64,000 nucleotides of DNA, from positions 27,192 through 91,191 of the forward strand of contig PS015106.1 of assembly GCA_048213135.1 (NCBI GenBank), written 5' to 3'. Under the pieces are notes generated by a model. It made no database searches. It had not been told where the DNA came from and saw nothing but the letters and a program-made list of their open reading frames with translations. The DNA comes from Reclinomonas americana ATCC 50394. Its lineage: Eukaryota. Shown in pieces: positions 52,201-64,000 of the stretch (the stretch's first letter is position 1; each line of letters begins with the position of its first letter). The position numbers and the translations under genes are program-made.

Positions 52201-54521
52201 CACTCTTCGGCGACGCCTCACCAGCCGCCGATTCGTCACCCGACTCCTCCGTCGCCACGCCCTTCTTCTTCGCCTTGCCGCCCTTCTTGCCCTTGCCAGT
52301 GGGAGTCTTTGACTCCTCAGCCTCACCCTCCGTCTCGGCGCCATCCTCCTTGTCGGATACACCAGCCTCCTCCTCCACCTCCTTTGCCGCAGCCTTGGTC
52401 TTCTTGCCCTTCTTGCCACTCTCCGGCGATGCCTCACCAGCCGCCGATTCGTCACCCGACTCCTCCGCAGCTGCACCCTTCTTCTTCGGCTTGCCGCCCT
52501 TCTTGCCCTTGACAGTGGGAGTCTTCAACACCTCAGCCTCACCCTCCGTCTCGGCGCCATCCTCCTTGTCGGTTACACCAGCCTCCTCCTCCTCCTCCTT
52601 TGCCGCAGCCTTGGTCTTCTTGCCCTTCTTGCCGCTCCTCGGTGATGCCTCACCAGCTGCCGATTCGTCACCCGACTCCTCCGCAGCTGCACCCTTCTTC
52701 TTCGGCTTGCCGCCCTTCTTGCCCTTGCCAGTAGGAGTCTTTGACTCCTCAGCCTCACCCTCCGTCTCGGCGCCATCCTCCTTGTCAGTTGCGCCAGCCT
52801 CCTCCTCCACCTCCTTTGCCGCAGCCTTGGTTTTCTTCCCCTTCTTGCCGCTCCTCGGCGACGCCAGTGCCTCAGCAGCAGCAGCCTCGTCACCCGACTC
52901 CTCCGCAGCAGCACTCTTCTTCTTCGCCTTGCCGCCCTTCTTGCCCTTGCCGCCCTCTTCCACTTCAGCAGGCGTTGGCGGCGCAGCTTCCTCGACGGCA
53001 GCATCCTTGGTCTTCTTTCCTTTCTTGCCGCTCCTCGGTGATGCCAGAGCCTCTGCCGCCTCGTCACCCGACTCCTCTGCCGCCGCACCCTTCTTCTTCG
53101 ACTTGCTACTGCTGGTCTTCTTGCCGCCCTCTTCCGCTTCAGTGACAGGCGTCGGCGGCGCAGCCTCCTCGACAGCAGCATCCTTGGTCTTCTTCCCCTT
53201 CTTGCCGCTCCTCGGCGACGTCAGTGCCTCAGCAGCAGCAGCCTCGTCACCCGACTCCTCCGCAGCCGCACCCTTCTTCTTCGACTTGCTACTGCTCTTC
53301 TTGCCGCCCACCTCCGCTTCAGCAGCAACGGGCGTTGGTGGCGCAGCCTCCTCGACGGCAGCATCCTTGGTCTTCTTCCCCTTCTTGCCACTCCGCGGAG
53401 ACGCCAGAGCCTCTGCAGCCTCGTCACCCGACTCCTCCCCCGCCGCACCCTTCTTCGCCTTGCCACCCTTCTTGCCCTTGCCGCCCTCTTCCGCTTCAGC
53501 AACAGGCGTTGGTGGTGCAGCCTCCTCGACGGCAGCATCCTTCGTCTTCTTCCCCTTCTTGCTACCCCTCGGCGACGCCAGTGCCTCTGCCGCCTCATCG
53601 CCCGACTCCTCCGCCGCCGCACCCTTCTTTTTCGACCTACTACTGCTGCTGCTGGCCTTCTTGCCGCCCTCTTCCGCTTCAGCAACAGGCGTTGGTGGCG
53701 CCGCCTCTTCGACGGCAGCATCCTTGGTCTTCTTTCCTTTCTTGCCGCTCCTCGGCGATGCCAGAGCCTCTGCAGCCTCGTCACCCGACTCCTCTGCCGC
53801 CGCACCCTTCTTCTTCGACTTGCTGCTGCTGGTCTTCTTGCCGCCCTCTTCCGCTTCAGCAACAGGCGTTGGTGGTGCAGCCTCCTCCGCGGCAGCATCC
53901 TTGGTCTTCTTCCCCTTCTTGCCACTCCTCGGTGATGCCAGAGCCTCTGCAGCAGCAGCCTCGTCACCCGACTCCTCCGCCGCCGCACCCTTCTTCTTCG
54001 ACTTGCTACTGCTGCTCTTCTTGCTGCCCTCTTCCGCTTCAGCAGCAACAGGCGTTGGTGGTGGTGCCGCCTCTTCAGCAGCATCCTTGGTCTTCTTCCC
54101 CTTCTTGCCACTCCTCGGCGACGCAAGTGCCTCTGCAGCAGCCGCCTCGTCACCCGACTCCTCCGCAGCCGCACCCTTCTTCTTCGACCTACTACTGCTG
54201 CTCTTCTTGCCGCCCTCTTCCGCCTCAGCAGCAACAGGCGTTGGTGGTGGTGCCGCCTCTTCCGCAGCGCCCTTGGTCTTCTTGTCGCGCCGGCTGCGTG
54301 CCTTGTCGATCTCCTCCACTGCCGGAGAGGGTGCCTCCACTTCGGCTGGCACAGTTGCGCCCTTGCGACTGCTCCGCGGCGTCTCGGCGGTCTTTTTCGC
54401 AGCCACCTTGTCCGCTGCTGGTGCCGGTTGCGGAGGCGCCTCAACAGCAACCTCCTCCGGCGTCGAGACCTTCTTGTCCCTCCGACTGCTGCGCGGCTTC
54501 TCCGTGGTCGCGGCAGGCTCA

Positions 54522-54557
<36 letters not shown>

Positions 54558-57500
54558 GCCGTGGCTTTGCTGTCTCGACTCTTGTCTGTTGACGGCAACT
54601 TGCCGCCCTTCACGGGCGTGGCCGGGGCCTCAGGCTCCACGGAGACCGGTTTCCCGCGACTCTCGGGAGCCGGTGGCGAAGCGTCGCGCGACCGCTTTCC
54701 ACCCTTCTTTTCCACAACCTCTGCGGCTGCAACTGGGACCTCAACCGGTGCAGGCGTCGCGTCCTTGCCGCGCCGATCCTTTCGCTTGTTGTCGACGGCG
54801 GCGTTGGCAGCAGCGACAACGGCCGGCGATTTTGGTTCTTGCGGTGTTATCGCGGCTCCGGTGGCCCGGCCGCCCTTTTTTCCCGCCACCGGTTGCTCTG
54901 CGGTCGGTGGTGCGGTGGTGGCGACTGCAGGCTGTGCATCGGGGGCAGTGGGCTTGTCACGCGGCGTCCTGCCACTTGTCTTGGGTTGCACAGGTGCTGC
55001 TGCTGCTGCTGGCGCCTCCTGCGCGACGGTTGCCGGTGGTACTGTTGCTGTAGCCGGCGCAGGCTGTCCACGGCGCGGTGACGTGTCGCGCGAACCCCGA
55101 TCCCGTCCCTTGCCGCCATCTGCACCAGCCACTGGAGCAGGGGCAGCTGGCACGACAGGAGCAGGAGTAGCTGGCGCCGCCGCAGCCGCGACCTTGCCTC
55201 CGGGAGGCGCACGCTTTCCACCATCTGGCGCTGGCGTCGCTGCGGAAGCGGCTGCCGCCTCCGCCGGCCCGGCCTTCCCTCCACGTTTACCGGCGACGGC
55301 AGCAGCGGCTGTAGCGGCAGTCGGACTGGCTGCTGCTGCGGCAGCCGGTGGGGCGGCAGGACCAGTTTTTCCGGCAGCAGGTGCAGTCTTTCCGGCGGCT
55401 ACTCCAGCCTTACCCGCCGGAGCCACCTTGCCAGCCGGAGCCGTCTTGCCAGTGGGTGCGGTCTTGCCGCCCGCAGACGCCACTGGAGTCTGCACAGCGG
55501 CAGGTTCCTGCAAGATGCGTGTTACACGTCTGTGAACGCAAACTCTACATCTCGACAGGCTCGGCAACTCACCGGCGGCTTGTCCTTCTCGGTAGCTTTG
55601 ACAGTCCCAGCAGCGACAGCCTCGGCCACTCGCGCCCACCTGCTCCTTCGTGGCGACTCGCCAGAAATCATTTCGTCACTGCCAGTGCCGCCAATCGCAG
55701 CAGATGCCGCCATGGCTGCCGGTCCACGGACTGCACGGCAGTGTGAGTGACTGATGGTGGGGAGACAAGTACCGTCAACTGAATTGAACGCACCACCCTT
55801 GAGCACAGCACGCTGTGCCCACGCTGCATCCTCTTCGGCAGTCTGCATTCGCCCTCGCCCTCGACGCTCCGCCAGCAGCCGCAGCTGCTCATTCAACACT
55901 GAATCGTCTCCGTGACCCTCCTCGTGGTCTCTCTCCGCCATGGCCAGCTCTGCATCCGTGCGTGACTGCGCGGCAGAGCCTCTCACAATGCCTCCCGCCG
56001 CCCCTCCCGCAGCGCGACCGCCATACCGAGGCGGCGCAGCGCCATGAGGACTCAAGATGGTGTCACCAGCCCCGACTGCCGAGGCGAGTGTCGGCAACGC
56101 CGACGATGAAGTCGAGATGTCGTCCGACGACACGGTCGACGCCGTGCTGTGGTGACCACGCTTGCGCAGCTTCTCGAGCTGCTGACGGAACCGTTCGTCA
56201 TCCTCTTCCGCGTCGGCCTCATCGTCAGCATCGCCACTGACGTCGGCCAGTCGTTCACGGATGCTGGGCGGCTTGTCGAGTCCGTGGAACGGCAAAATTG
56301 CACGATGACCAGGTCGCTCAGGCGACGCATCGCGAGCACGCACATGTCGTGCACCGGCGCCGGCACCCACTGGGAACTCTTGCGCGCTCGCCACCGATGA
56401 GGCGTCGTCGTCGTGCACCGCCCACTGCACCTTTTCCATTAAAGTGCGCACGTCGCCTCCACCGGCTGGTGGCTGCACCTGCGGCCGTAACACCGGCCGT
56501 GCCGCCATGCGCGCCACTGGATACTCTTCAGCACCAGCCTCCGACATGGCGTCGTCAACTGAGTCCGTCTCCCTTGTCGCCTTGTGCGACACTCCCGTGG
56601 AATTCACCAGTCGGCGCGGATCCGTTCCGTGACCGGCCAGCGGTGGCCCCGGTACCACCGACTCCAACATGGTTCGCAGCGGTGGTCGTGCTGTGTGATT
56701 CACTGAGAGTCGCGACGAAGCTGGGGCCATGCCAGGCACCTCCCCGTCTACGACAGCCGTGCTCTCGTCATCATCCGACGCGGCGCTATTCGGAGTACGT
56801 GTGACGCGGCGCGCACGCACCGCTGACGACGCCGTGGCTGTCGGTCCGGCGTCGGGATGAGGGGCACGGACACGTGGGCCGGGCACACGAGGCATCAAAT
56901 CCCGCGGCCGTGATCCACCGTCGTAGTAGCTCACGCGCACAGACGNNNNNNNNNNNNNNNNNNNNCCGGCGGTAGTCAAGTGTGCGTACGCCGCATCTGG
57001 CGGAGTCGGCGGCCGCCCCTGCCCCGACTCATACTTGCTGGAGACCGGCCGTTGCGCAGCGCTGAGCAGTCCCTGCGAGACAGCCGCAGTGCGCTGCTGC
57101 TCCGACATGTTCACCCAATCATCCGTAAACGCGCGCAGATCTGCATACCCACGCAGTGCTGTCGCCGCCACTCGTGGATTGTCGCACTCGAACTCGGCCA
57201 GCACACGATTACTGGCCGACATGAGCACCACCAGCCCACGATCCACATCCTGCATCACTTGCGTCGAGCTGCTGAGCGGATACTGCACGGAAATCGTCGG
57301 CGGAATGTCGGCCACATCCACGCCGCTTTGGATCTGTGCGACAGGGGGAACGAGTGAGAGGGATAGAGGAGGAGGAGGAAGAAGAAGAACAAGAGAGGGA
57401 GAGAGAGAGGGAGGAGGAGACGGGGCAAGAGAATGAGGAGCTCACCAGCTTGTTGCTCTCCGTGGCCGTGACGGCCCTCTCAAACGCCACCTCCTTGGCA

Positions 57501-57914
57501 TTGACCGTCATGAATGCCGGCACGTACGATCCATCATCCATTTCATCGAGCGTCGGCAGCGGTGTGCGTGCGGCCTCGTTGACTCCCTGCTGCGCCTCGT
57601 GCTGCCGCCGGAAGAGCGCACGTTGCATGCGACCGTGCACATCGACCAGTTGCACGCGCATCGAGAATTGCCCTTCTTCCATTAGCTGGCGCAGCATTGA
57701 GTGCTCGTACGGGAGAAGAAGCTGAGCACCGGCCGCTGTGTGTGTGTGTGTGCGTGTATTGAGTGAAGAGTCCGGTAAGTTGAACGTTGGACATTGATAT
57801 GTGCTTGACACGCAAGAGAAGACATACTCGTGCGCGCGCTCTGTTCTCTCACTTACCAGTGGCACTGGGTGCCAGAGCAGGCAGCTGCGGTGAAGGCGAC
57901 ACGGGAGTCGCCAT
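49288..57914 (-). CDS. Very large low-complexity Ala/Glu/Lys/Pro-rich protein with internal tandem repeats (may be more than one gene)
   Basis: Long exons (55522-57321 and 51479-55639 ORFs) with splice junctions from the ATG at 57914 to an acidic end at 49288. No recognisable family. Confidence 0.6.
51560..54290 (-). repeat. Coding minisatellite: ~6 units of 216 bp plus ~8 related units of ~180 bp
   Basis: GCCTTGGT anchor recurs every 216 bp (51744 to 52824). Shared core KKKGAAAEESGDE..A...SPRSGKKGKKTK. Confidence 0.92.
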
Positions 57915-58272
57915 CTGTGTGTGTTTTTCGGGTGTGACAGATACGTTTTTGCGAGCACCACCGACGTCTGTCCCCTCGGCCACAGTCTGATCGAGTCTTG
58001 GTTGGACAACTAGCGGTACAGCAAGTGGTCCCAGCAAGTGTTGTGCCAGGAGCCGGCAAGCTGTCACGTCACTCCGGCGCAGCGGAGACCAATCGACGTC
58101 GACGTTGTTCGAAGTTGGCGCAAAACAACCGACCGCCGTCTTGCAAACGATGTGCAAGGTAAGAGGCAGAGAGAATGCACTACCGCAATGCCGCGCGACA
58201 AGAGACTCATGCTCCGCGAATCGTGGGACTCGCGTGTCCTGTTACTTTCTTTTCTTCATTCTATTCGCCACA

Positions 58273-61200
58273 ATGCAACGCCGGCAGCAGAAACGACAAA
58301 AGCGGCCTCGCGTGGAAGAGGTCATTGATGAAGAGCCTGCGGCTGCAGTCGTAGAAGAGGAGGAGCAAGCCGATGCCAATCACTGGCACGGTGGTGGCGA
58401 CTTGCCTTGGGACGACGAGGATGACGAGGAGGAGGAGGATGGCGACTTTGAAGACGATGAGGATGATGATGACGACGACGATGCATTCAGCGACGATGTT
58501 GTCGAAGAAGAGGACGATCTGGATGCGTTGATTGAGGCGGCGGCTGCACGAGGTCCGCCATGCATGTGCACATTCACACACTTTTTTTCTTTGCGCCCCC
58601 CCACTTCATTCACACAATCCACTGTTGCTTGTGCAGCACCGGCGCGGACCGATGCCCGTGATGAGAAGCGTGCGCGTCCGGCCGAGGACGATGAGGACTC
58701 GTCGGATGATGAGACGCTGACGAATACGATTGGCAATGTGCCGCTGGAGTGGTACGATGATTACGACCATGTGGGGTATGACGTGGCGGGCGAACGGATT
58801 GGCAAGTCGGCCTCGAAGAAGATGGATTTGGTCGATCGGCTGCTGCGCATGCAGGATGATCCGGACTACATGTTGCGTTTTTTCTTCCATTTGCGAACAA
58901 GAGACAAGAGTGTTGACTCTCTGTGCATAGTCGAACTGTATACGATGCACTGCATGATCAGGAGCATGTGTTGACGCACGAGGAGCTGGAGACGATCCTG
59001 CGCATTCGGCGTGGCCAGTTTGCGGAAAAGTCGGTCGCCACCGAGATTGTTGCGTCGCTTTTGTGCACTCTCATTAGTGTGGCATGCATGTTTTTCTCAC
59101 CTTTGCTCGCTGCAGCCTCTGTATGGCACCGGCGAGAAAGAGTTGCATCCGCTGCGCAATGCACCGCTCAAGAAGAGCCGCTTCATCCCGTCCAAGAACG
59201 AAGGCAAGATTGTGGCGCACTACCGCAAGCTGATCCGCGAAGGCAAGATCCCGCCGTTTGAGCCGAAGCTGGATCCGGAGGCACTGGAGCAGTTGCCGAC
59301 GCCTCACGATTTGTGGGGCCGTGGCTCCGACGCCAAGCTGCCGTCGTACCACGTGCCGCCGCCGAAGCTGCCGCTGCCGGGTCACGCCGAGTCGTACAAT
59401 CCTCCTGCCGAGTACCTGCTAACGCCCGAGGAGGAGGAAGTTTGGCGCAATCGCGATNNNNNNNNNNNNNNNNNNNNNNNNNNNNNNNNNNNNNNNNNNN
59501 NNNNNNNNNNNNNNNNNNNNNNNNNNNNNNNNNNNNNNNNNNNNNNNNNNNNNNNNNNNNNNNNNNNNNNNNNNNNNNNNNNNNNNNNNNNNNNNNNNNN
59601 NNNNNNNNNNNNNNNNNNNNNNNNNNNNNNNNNNNNNNNNNNNNNNNNNNNNNNNNNNNNNNNNNNNNNNNNNNNNNNNNNNNNNNNNNNNNNNNNNNNN
59701 NNNNNNNNNNNNNNNNNNNNNNNNNNNNNNNNNNNNNNNNNNNNNNNNNNNNNNNNNNNNNNNNNNNNNNNNNNNNNNNNNNNNNNNNNNNNNNNNNNNN
59801 NNNNNNNNNNNNNNNNNNNNNNNNNNNNNNNNNNNNNNNNNNNNNNNNNNNNNNNNNNNNNNNNNNNNNNNNNNNNNNNNNNNNNNNNNNNNNNNNNNNN
59901 NNNNNNNNNNNNNNNNNNNNNNNNNNNNNNNNNNNNNNNNNNNNNNNNNNNNNNNNNNNNNNNNNNNNNNNNNNNNNNNNNGTTCACAGGTGGCGATGAC
60001 TGCACGCTGCGATTATGGGAGGTGCGCACGGGTCGGTGCTTGCGAATGTGGCGCGCAAAGGACGTGGTGCAGTGTGTTGAGTTCCATCCGCTGGCCACTG
60101 TTCCGCTGTTGGTGGCTGGTGTCGACACGGGTGAGTGGTAGCCGATGACTGTTTGTGTGTGTGTGCGGGGGGTGCGATGATGGCTCACGCTTTCGCGATG
60201 CAGATCTCGTCTTCTTTGACAGCAAGATCGGCAATGCCGACTGCCGTGAACGTGTGCTTTCTGTGGCCCGTGCGGCGCGACAGGAGATTCCGACCGGCCA
60301 GCGACCGGTGGCAGAGTGGATTTCGCACCTGGATGGGTCGGTGGCGCCTGAGGCTGCCGCCGAGGGCCCGAGCGACGGACAACGTAACCAGTGGCGTGAA
60401 CTGGAACCACTGTTCACCATTCGCCACGAGTTCAAGCTTCGTCAAGTCACCTTCCATCACAAGGGCGACTACCTCGCTGCTGTGTGCCCCGACGCCAACA
60501 CTCGCGGTGTGGTGATTCATCACCTCGGCAAGCGCCAGAGCCAGTGCCCGTTCAAGAAGACCAAGGGCCAAGTGCAGGTGAGCACACGCGCCCGCATAAC
60601 ATGCGTATCGTATCCTTGCTGATCACCCTCTCTCTCGTTCCCTATCTCTTGCACGCTCGCAGCAAGTTGCCTTCCACCCCACCGAGCCACGCTTCTTTGT
60701 GGCCACGCAAAAGTTTGTGCGCATCTACGACCTGGTCAAGCAGGAGTTGGTGAAGCGACTGCAGCCGGGCGTGCGCTACATTTCCAGGTTTCGTCCCCGT
60801 GATTTGCCACCTGCTGCTGTCGGTGGGTTGTTGATCCTCACGTGGGTGCGTGTGTGTGTGTGCATGCAGTCTGGATGTGCATCCGGGTGGCGAGAATGTG
60901 CTGTTGGGCTCGTACGATCGCAAAGTGGTGTGGTTCGACACGGAGCTCAGCTCGCAGCCGTACCGCACCATGCGTCACCACAAGGAGGCTGTCCGTGCGG
61001 TGCGTGCGGATTTGTGTGTGTATCGTTTCCATGTTTGAGAGCAGATGACTGATGTCTTGCTGTTGCAGGTGGCATATCACCGTCGGTTACCGCTGTTCGC
61101 CACGTGCAGTGACGACTTGTCGCTCAGCATTTTCCACGGCATGGTGTACTCGGATCTGTTGCAAAACCCGCTGATTGTGCCCGTCAAGCGCATTCGTCAG

Positions 61201-61308
61201 GGTCACATGCGTGCCGAGGACATGGGTCTCTTGGTGTGCAAGTGGCACCCACACCAGCCGTGGATCTTCACTGGCGGTGCTGATTTCATGATCAATCTGT
61301 ACTCGTGA
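58273..61308 (+). CDS. BOP1: Ribosome biogenesis WD40 protein BOP1/Erb1
   Basis: DSSDDE...[76 protein letters not shown] and [14 protein letters not shown]. Confidence 0.97.
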
Positions 61309-61544
61309 GCCTCGTCAGTGAGTACACAATAACCCTACGCCACTAAAACAACAACAACATCAACAGTTTATTCGTTCACCTCTGTGCGACAGAGATTTAT
61401 AATTATATTGTGAATTGCAGCAATTATCATTATTATTGTCGCGCCGAATCGGCGGTCGGCGCAGGCGATTCCGAGTGTGGTGGCGTTGGCGGCGCCTCGT
61501 CCAGTATTACGCCGCTCTCAGTCATCTGTGCACGCAAGAGAAGT

Positions 61545-64000
61545 GGGTCACGAGAGCTCTCTAGCGCAGCAAATGCACAAAACTGACCTCGTCTCCCGTG
61601 GCTCCCGTTTCCGCGGCGACGCCATCAAATGCCTGCGGCATCTGCAGACAGCGACAACGTGGTGAATGATGGTGTGCACAACAACAACAACTGCAACATT
61701 GTTGAGCAGCCAGACAGCGTACCGTGGCCTCATCCAGCAGCTGCAGGCGAAGCATCTGCGATGCGACACACGGCTAAGTACCAACAAAGGCGAAAAGAGA
61801 AAGAAAGAGAGACGTGAAGAGTCAGACAACAACGTACCTCGGCGGCTTCAGCGGCCACTCGTTGGCGCTGCGCACGACAAGTCAGTGACAAGTGTACGAC
61901 GATTTTTTGCGTAGCAGTAGTACTCACCTCTTGTTCTTCGGCTGCCTCGCGCTCTTGCTGTGGGAGAATGCACAGACAATACAGTCAGTGTCGGCATGTG
62001 CGTGGCTGAGCATGAAGGCGACACGAACCTGCTCCCGTGCCAATCGAGCCCGTTCTTGAATGGCGGCCACTTCTTCGGCCTGCCGGCGCTCCACAGCCTC
62101 CTCGCGCTCCATTAGCTCCTTGAGGGCCCGACGCTCCGCCATGATGCGCTCGCGATGCTCAGCCTCCTACAGAAGCACAACCCCACCAACGCGATGAGTT
62201 GACCACAGTAGCGCACTATGAAGAACTCAATAAGTGCACCTCACGCGCACGCCGATCACGCTCCTGTCGCTGCAACATGATGGTGTCCTCGTTGGCCAAA
62301 CGCGCCATGGCCTGATCCGCAGGCACGGGGATGGTGGTGCGTCCGAGCCACTGTTGAACGCACTGGCCACCGATCTCCGGCTCCAGGAGTGCCAAGTAGT
62401 AACAGAAGCGCTCAACGAGCCGTCGACGTGGTCCGATTTTCGCCAGCACCTCCTCGTACACATTGCGATTGGTGAGTTCTGTGTCTTTGGGGGCGGCAAA
62501 GGGGTCGTCGTCCGGCGTTTCCGGTGTCTCGGAGGGTATCTCAAAAAGCTGCACGCGCGACGGAGTGGCAGCTTCCGGTCCGCTCGGCGACTTGCTCCGC
62601 TGCTCGTGCTCCAATTGTCTCTCGATCTCGTCGGCCTCCTCCTTGAGCACCGCGAGAAGCTCCTGCCCAAACGTGCCTGCCAAGAGAGTGGCAATCAGTG
62701 CACCCAAACACAAGCTGCATACATACTGGGAGGGCATGCACGCACTCGGCTGTCCTTCGGCCAGCAGTGAGCGCCGCACAGTGTCCAGCACACGCTTGGT
62801 CGGCTTCTCCATCCGACATTCCAGCATGTTCATCATGGCACGCACAAGCAGCATGGCGTCGTGAAACACGCCCACGCGGTACCCTGCGTGGCGCATCATG
62901 ATCATCACTTATTAGCATCGCCTGATCGCAGAAAAAGAAGCACTGTGCTGTCACGCAACCGCACAGCAGCACGCGCTGCAGCATCTTGGAGGCCTTGGAA
63001 GCGGTGGCCGCCGACAGCAGGCGGCGGTCAACGTCGGCAATGATGCGCAGGTACGCAAACACCGGGCTCTGCAGCGATGGCTCACGCAGTGCCGAGTGTG
63101 CATACATGGACACAATGCGCTCTGCAAACGAGTGCAGAATAGATGAATTGATGTGGAAGAGCAAAAAAAGGAAACCACCAAGCCGCCACACCATTGAGTG
63201 TTGCCTGCGTCAGACCGAACGTGTACAAGTCGAATGTCTCCACATCTTGCAGCGTGAGATGCTCGCTGAGTACCCACAGCTGCGAGAGGAGGGTAGTCGA
63301 TTGCCGCATGTCACGCAATACTTCCTCTGTGTACGCAGGTCACAACACGGTGACGACGACGCAAGCGGGCACGTACACACAGCAGCAACAGCGCGCTCGC
63401 ACCTTGTTCAGTGAGCAAGATGAAGCACTTGAGCAGAGCACGAGCAGCGTCGGTCTTCCAGTCCACAAGGTGCAGAATGGTGACCACGGCGTGATGAATC
63501 GAGTCGGTCGAAAGCACTGCGAAGCAAGGTCACAATCTCCACATCACGCACACGCATACATAAACGCATGGCACACCTGAAAGGTCTCCAGCACCAGTCA
63601 GCCGCTGCAAAATGTCGGCCAGCATGATAAACAGCGGCTGATCAACCGAGAACAGCTCGACTTCGCGCAGCGGCACAATTACAGTCTCGAATGGGAGGGA
63701 GCCACTGGAGGAGCCAATCTTCGCTGCCGCATGAACTGATACAGAGTGGTGAGCGTGGGGAGGCGCTACAATGAGCTTGATGCGAGTGCGTTCCGCACCT
63801 GCCAGACATGGATTCTCGGCAGCCTTCATGGCCAGCCAACGGCTAGCATCGCTGGCACACAGTTTGAAGAAGGAGCGACGGAATGTCGACCCCAGTAGCG
63901 TGTCGATACCAAACTCTGTATAGAAGCAGGTTAGTGCACGTGCTGCTGCGACATCGCTCGACATGCACAGGCGACGAAACTGGTCGAAGTCAAATCCCAC
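61545..64000 (-). CDS. Partial unknown multi-exon protein (5' end outside window), helical with C-terminal coiled coil
   Basis: Open exons at 63577-64000, 62238-62682 and 62029-62168 with GT-AG junctions. Family not recognised and 3' end approximate. Confidence 0.55.

Noticed and set aside
51560-54290. CRISPR-like array
   Set aside because: The units are in-frame coding repeats without unique spacers, in a eukaryotic context with no cas genes.
51540-55535. 1331-aa plus-strand ORF
   Set aside because: It is the antisense shadow of the GC-rich repetitive minus-strand exon.

Overview
This is eukaryotic (protist-like) nuclear DNA. It is gene-dense and intron-rich (mostly 60-100 nt GT-AG introns), with many microsatellites and about 14 N gaps. 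I can support about 19 spliced genes. The recognisable ones are glucosidase II beta, ANP32-like, TIM9, DPH5, a calcyphosin-like EF-hand protein, a DHHC palmitoyltransferase, CASP/COY1, a four-domain voltage-gated cation channel, two head-to-head ABCG half-transporters and BOP1/ERB1; the rest are unknown coiled-coil or low-complexity proteins. Four features stand out. (1) About 30 introns start with the atypical donor GTTGCG(T), almost never after an exonic G, which looks like a common one-base-shifted donor class. (2) A nested mobile locus at 5547-10620 has two copies of a ~350 bp MITE-like repeat flanking HTH and GIY-YIG (T5orf172-like) cargo. One copy carries a CACAG/TA-TSD transposon and four X-rc(X)-X insertions resembling excision footprints. 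(3) The channel has an unusual I/D/S/D pore filter and an internal frame break. (4) The ABCG pair is divergent, ABCG5/G8-style. Gene models were read by eye, with no database searches, so boundaries are approximate.
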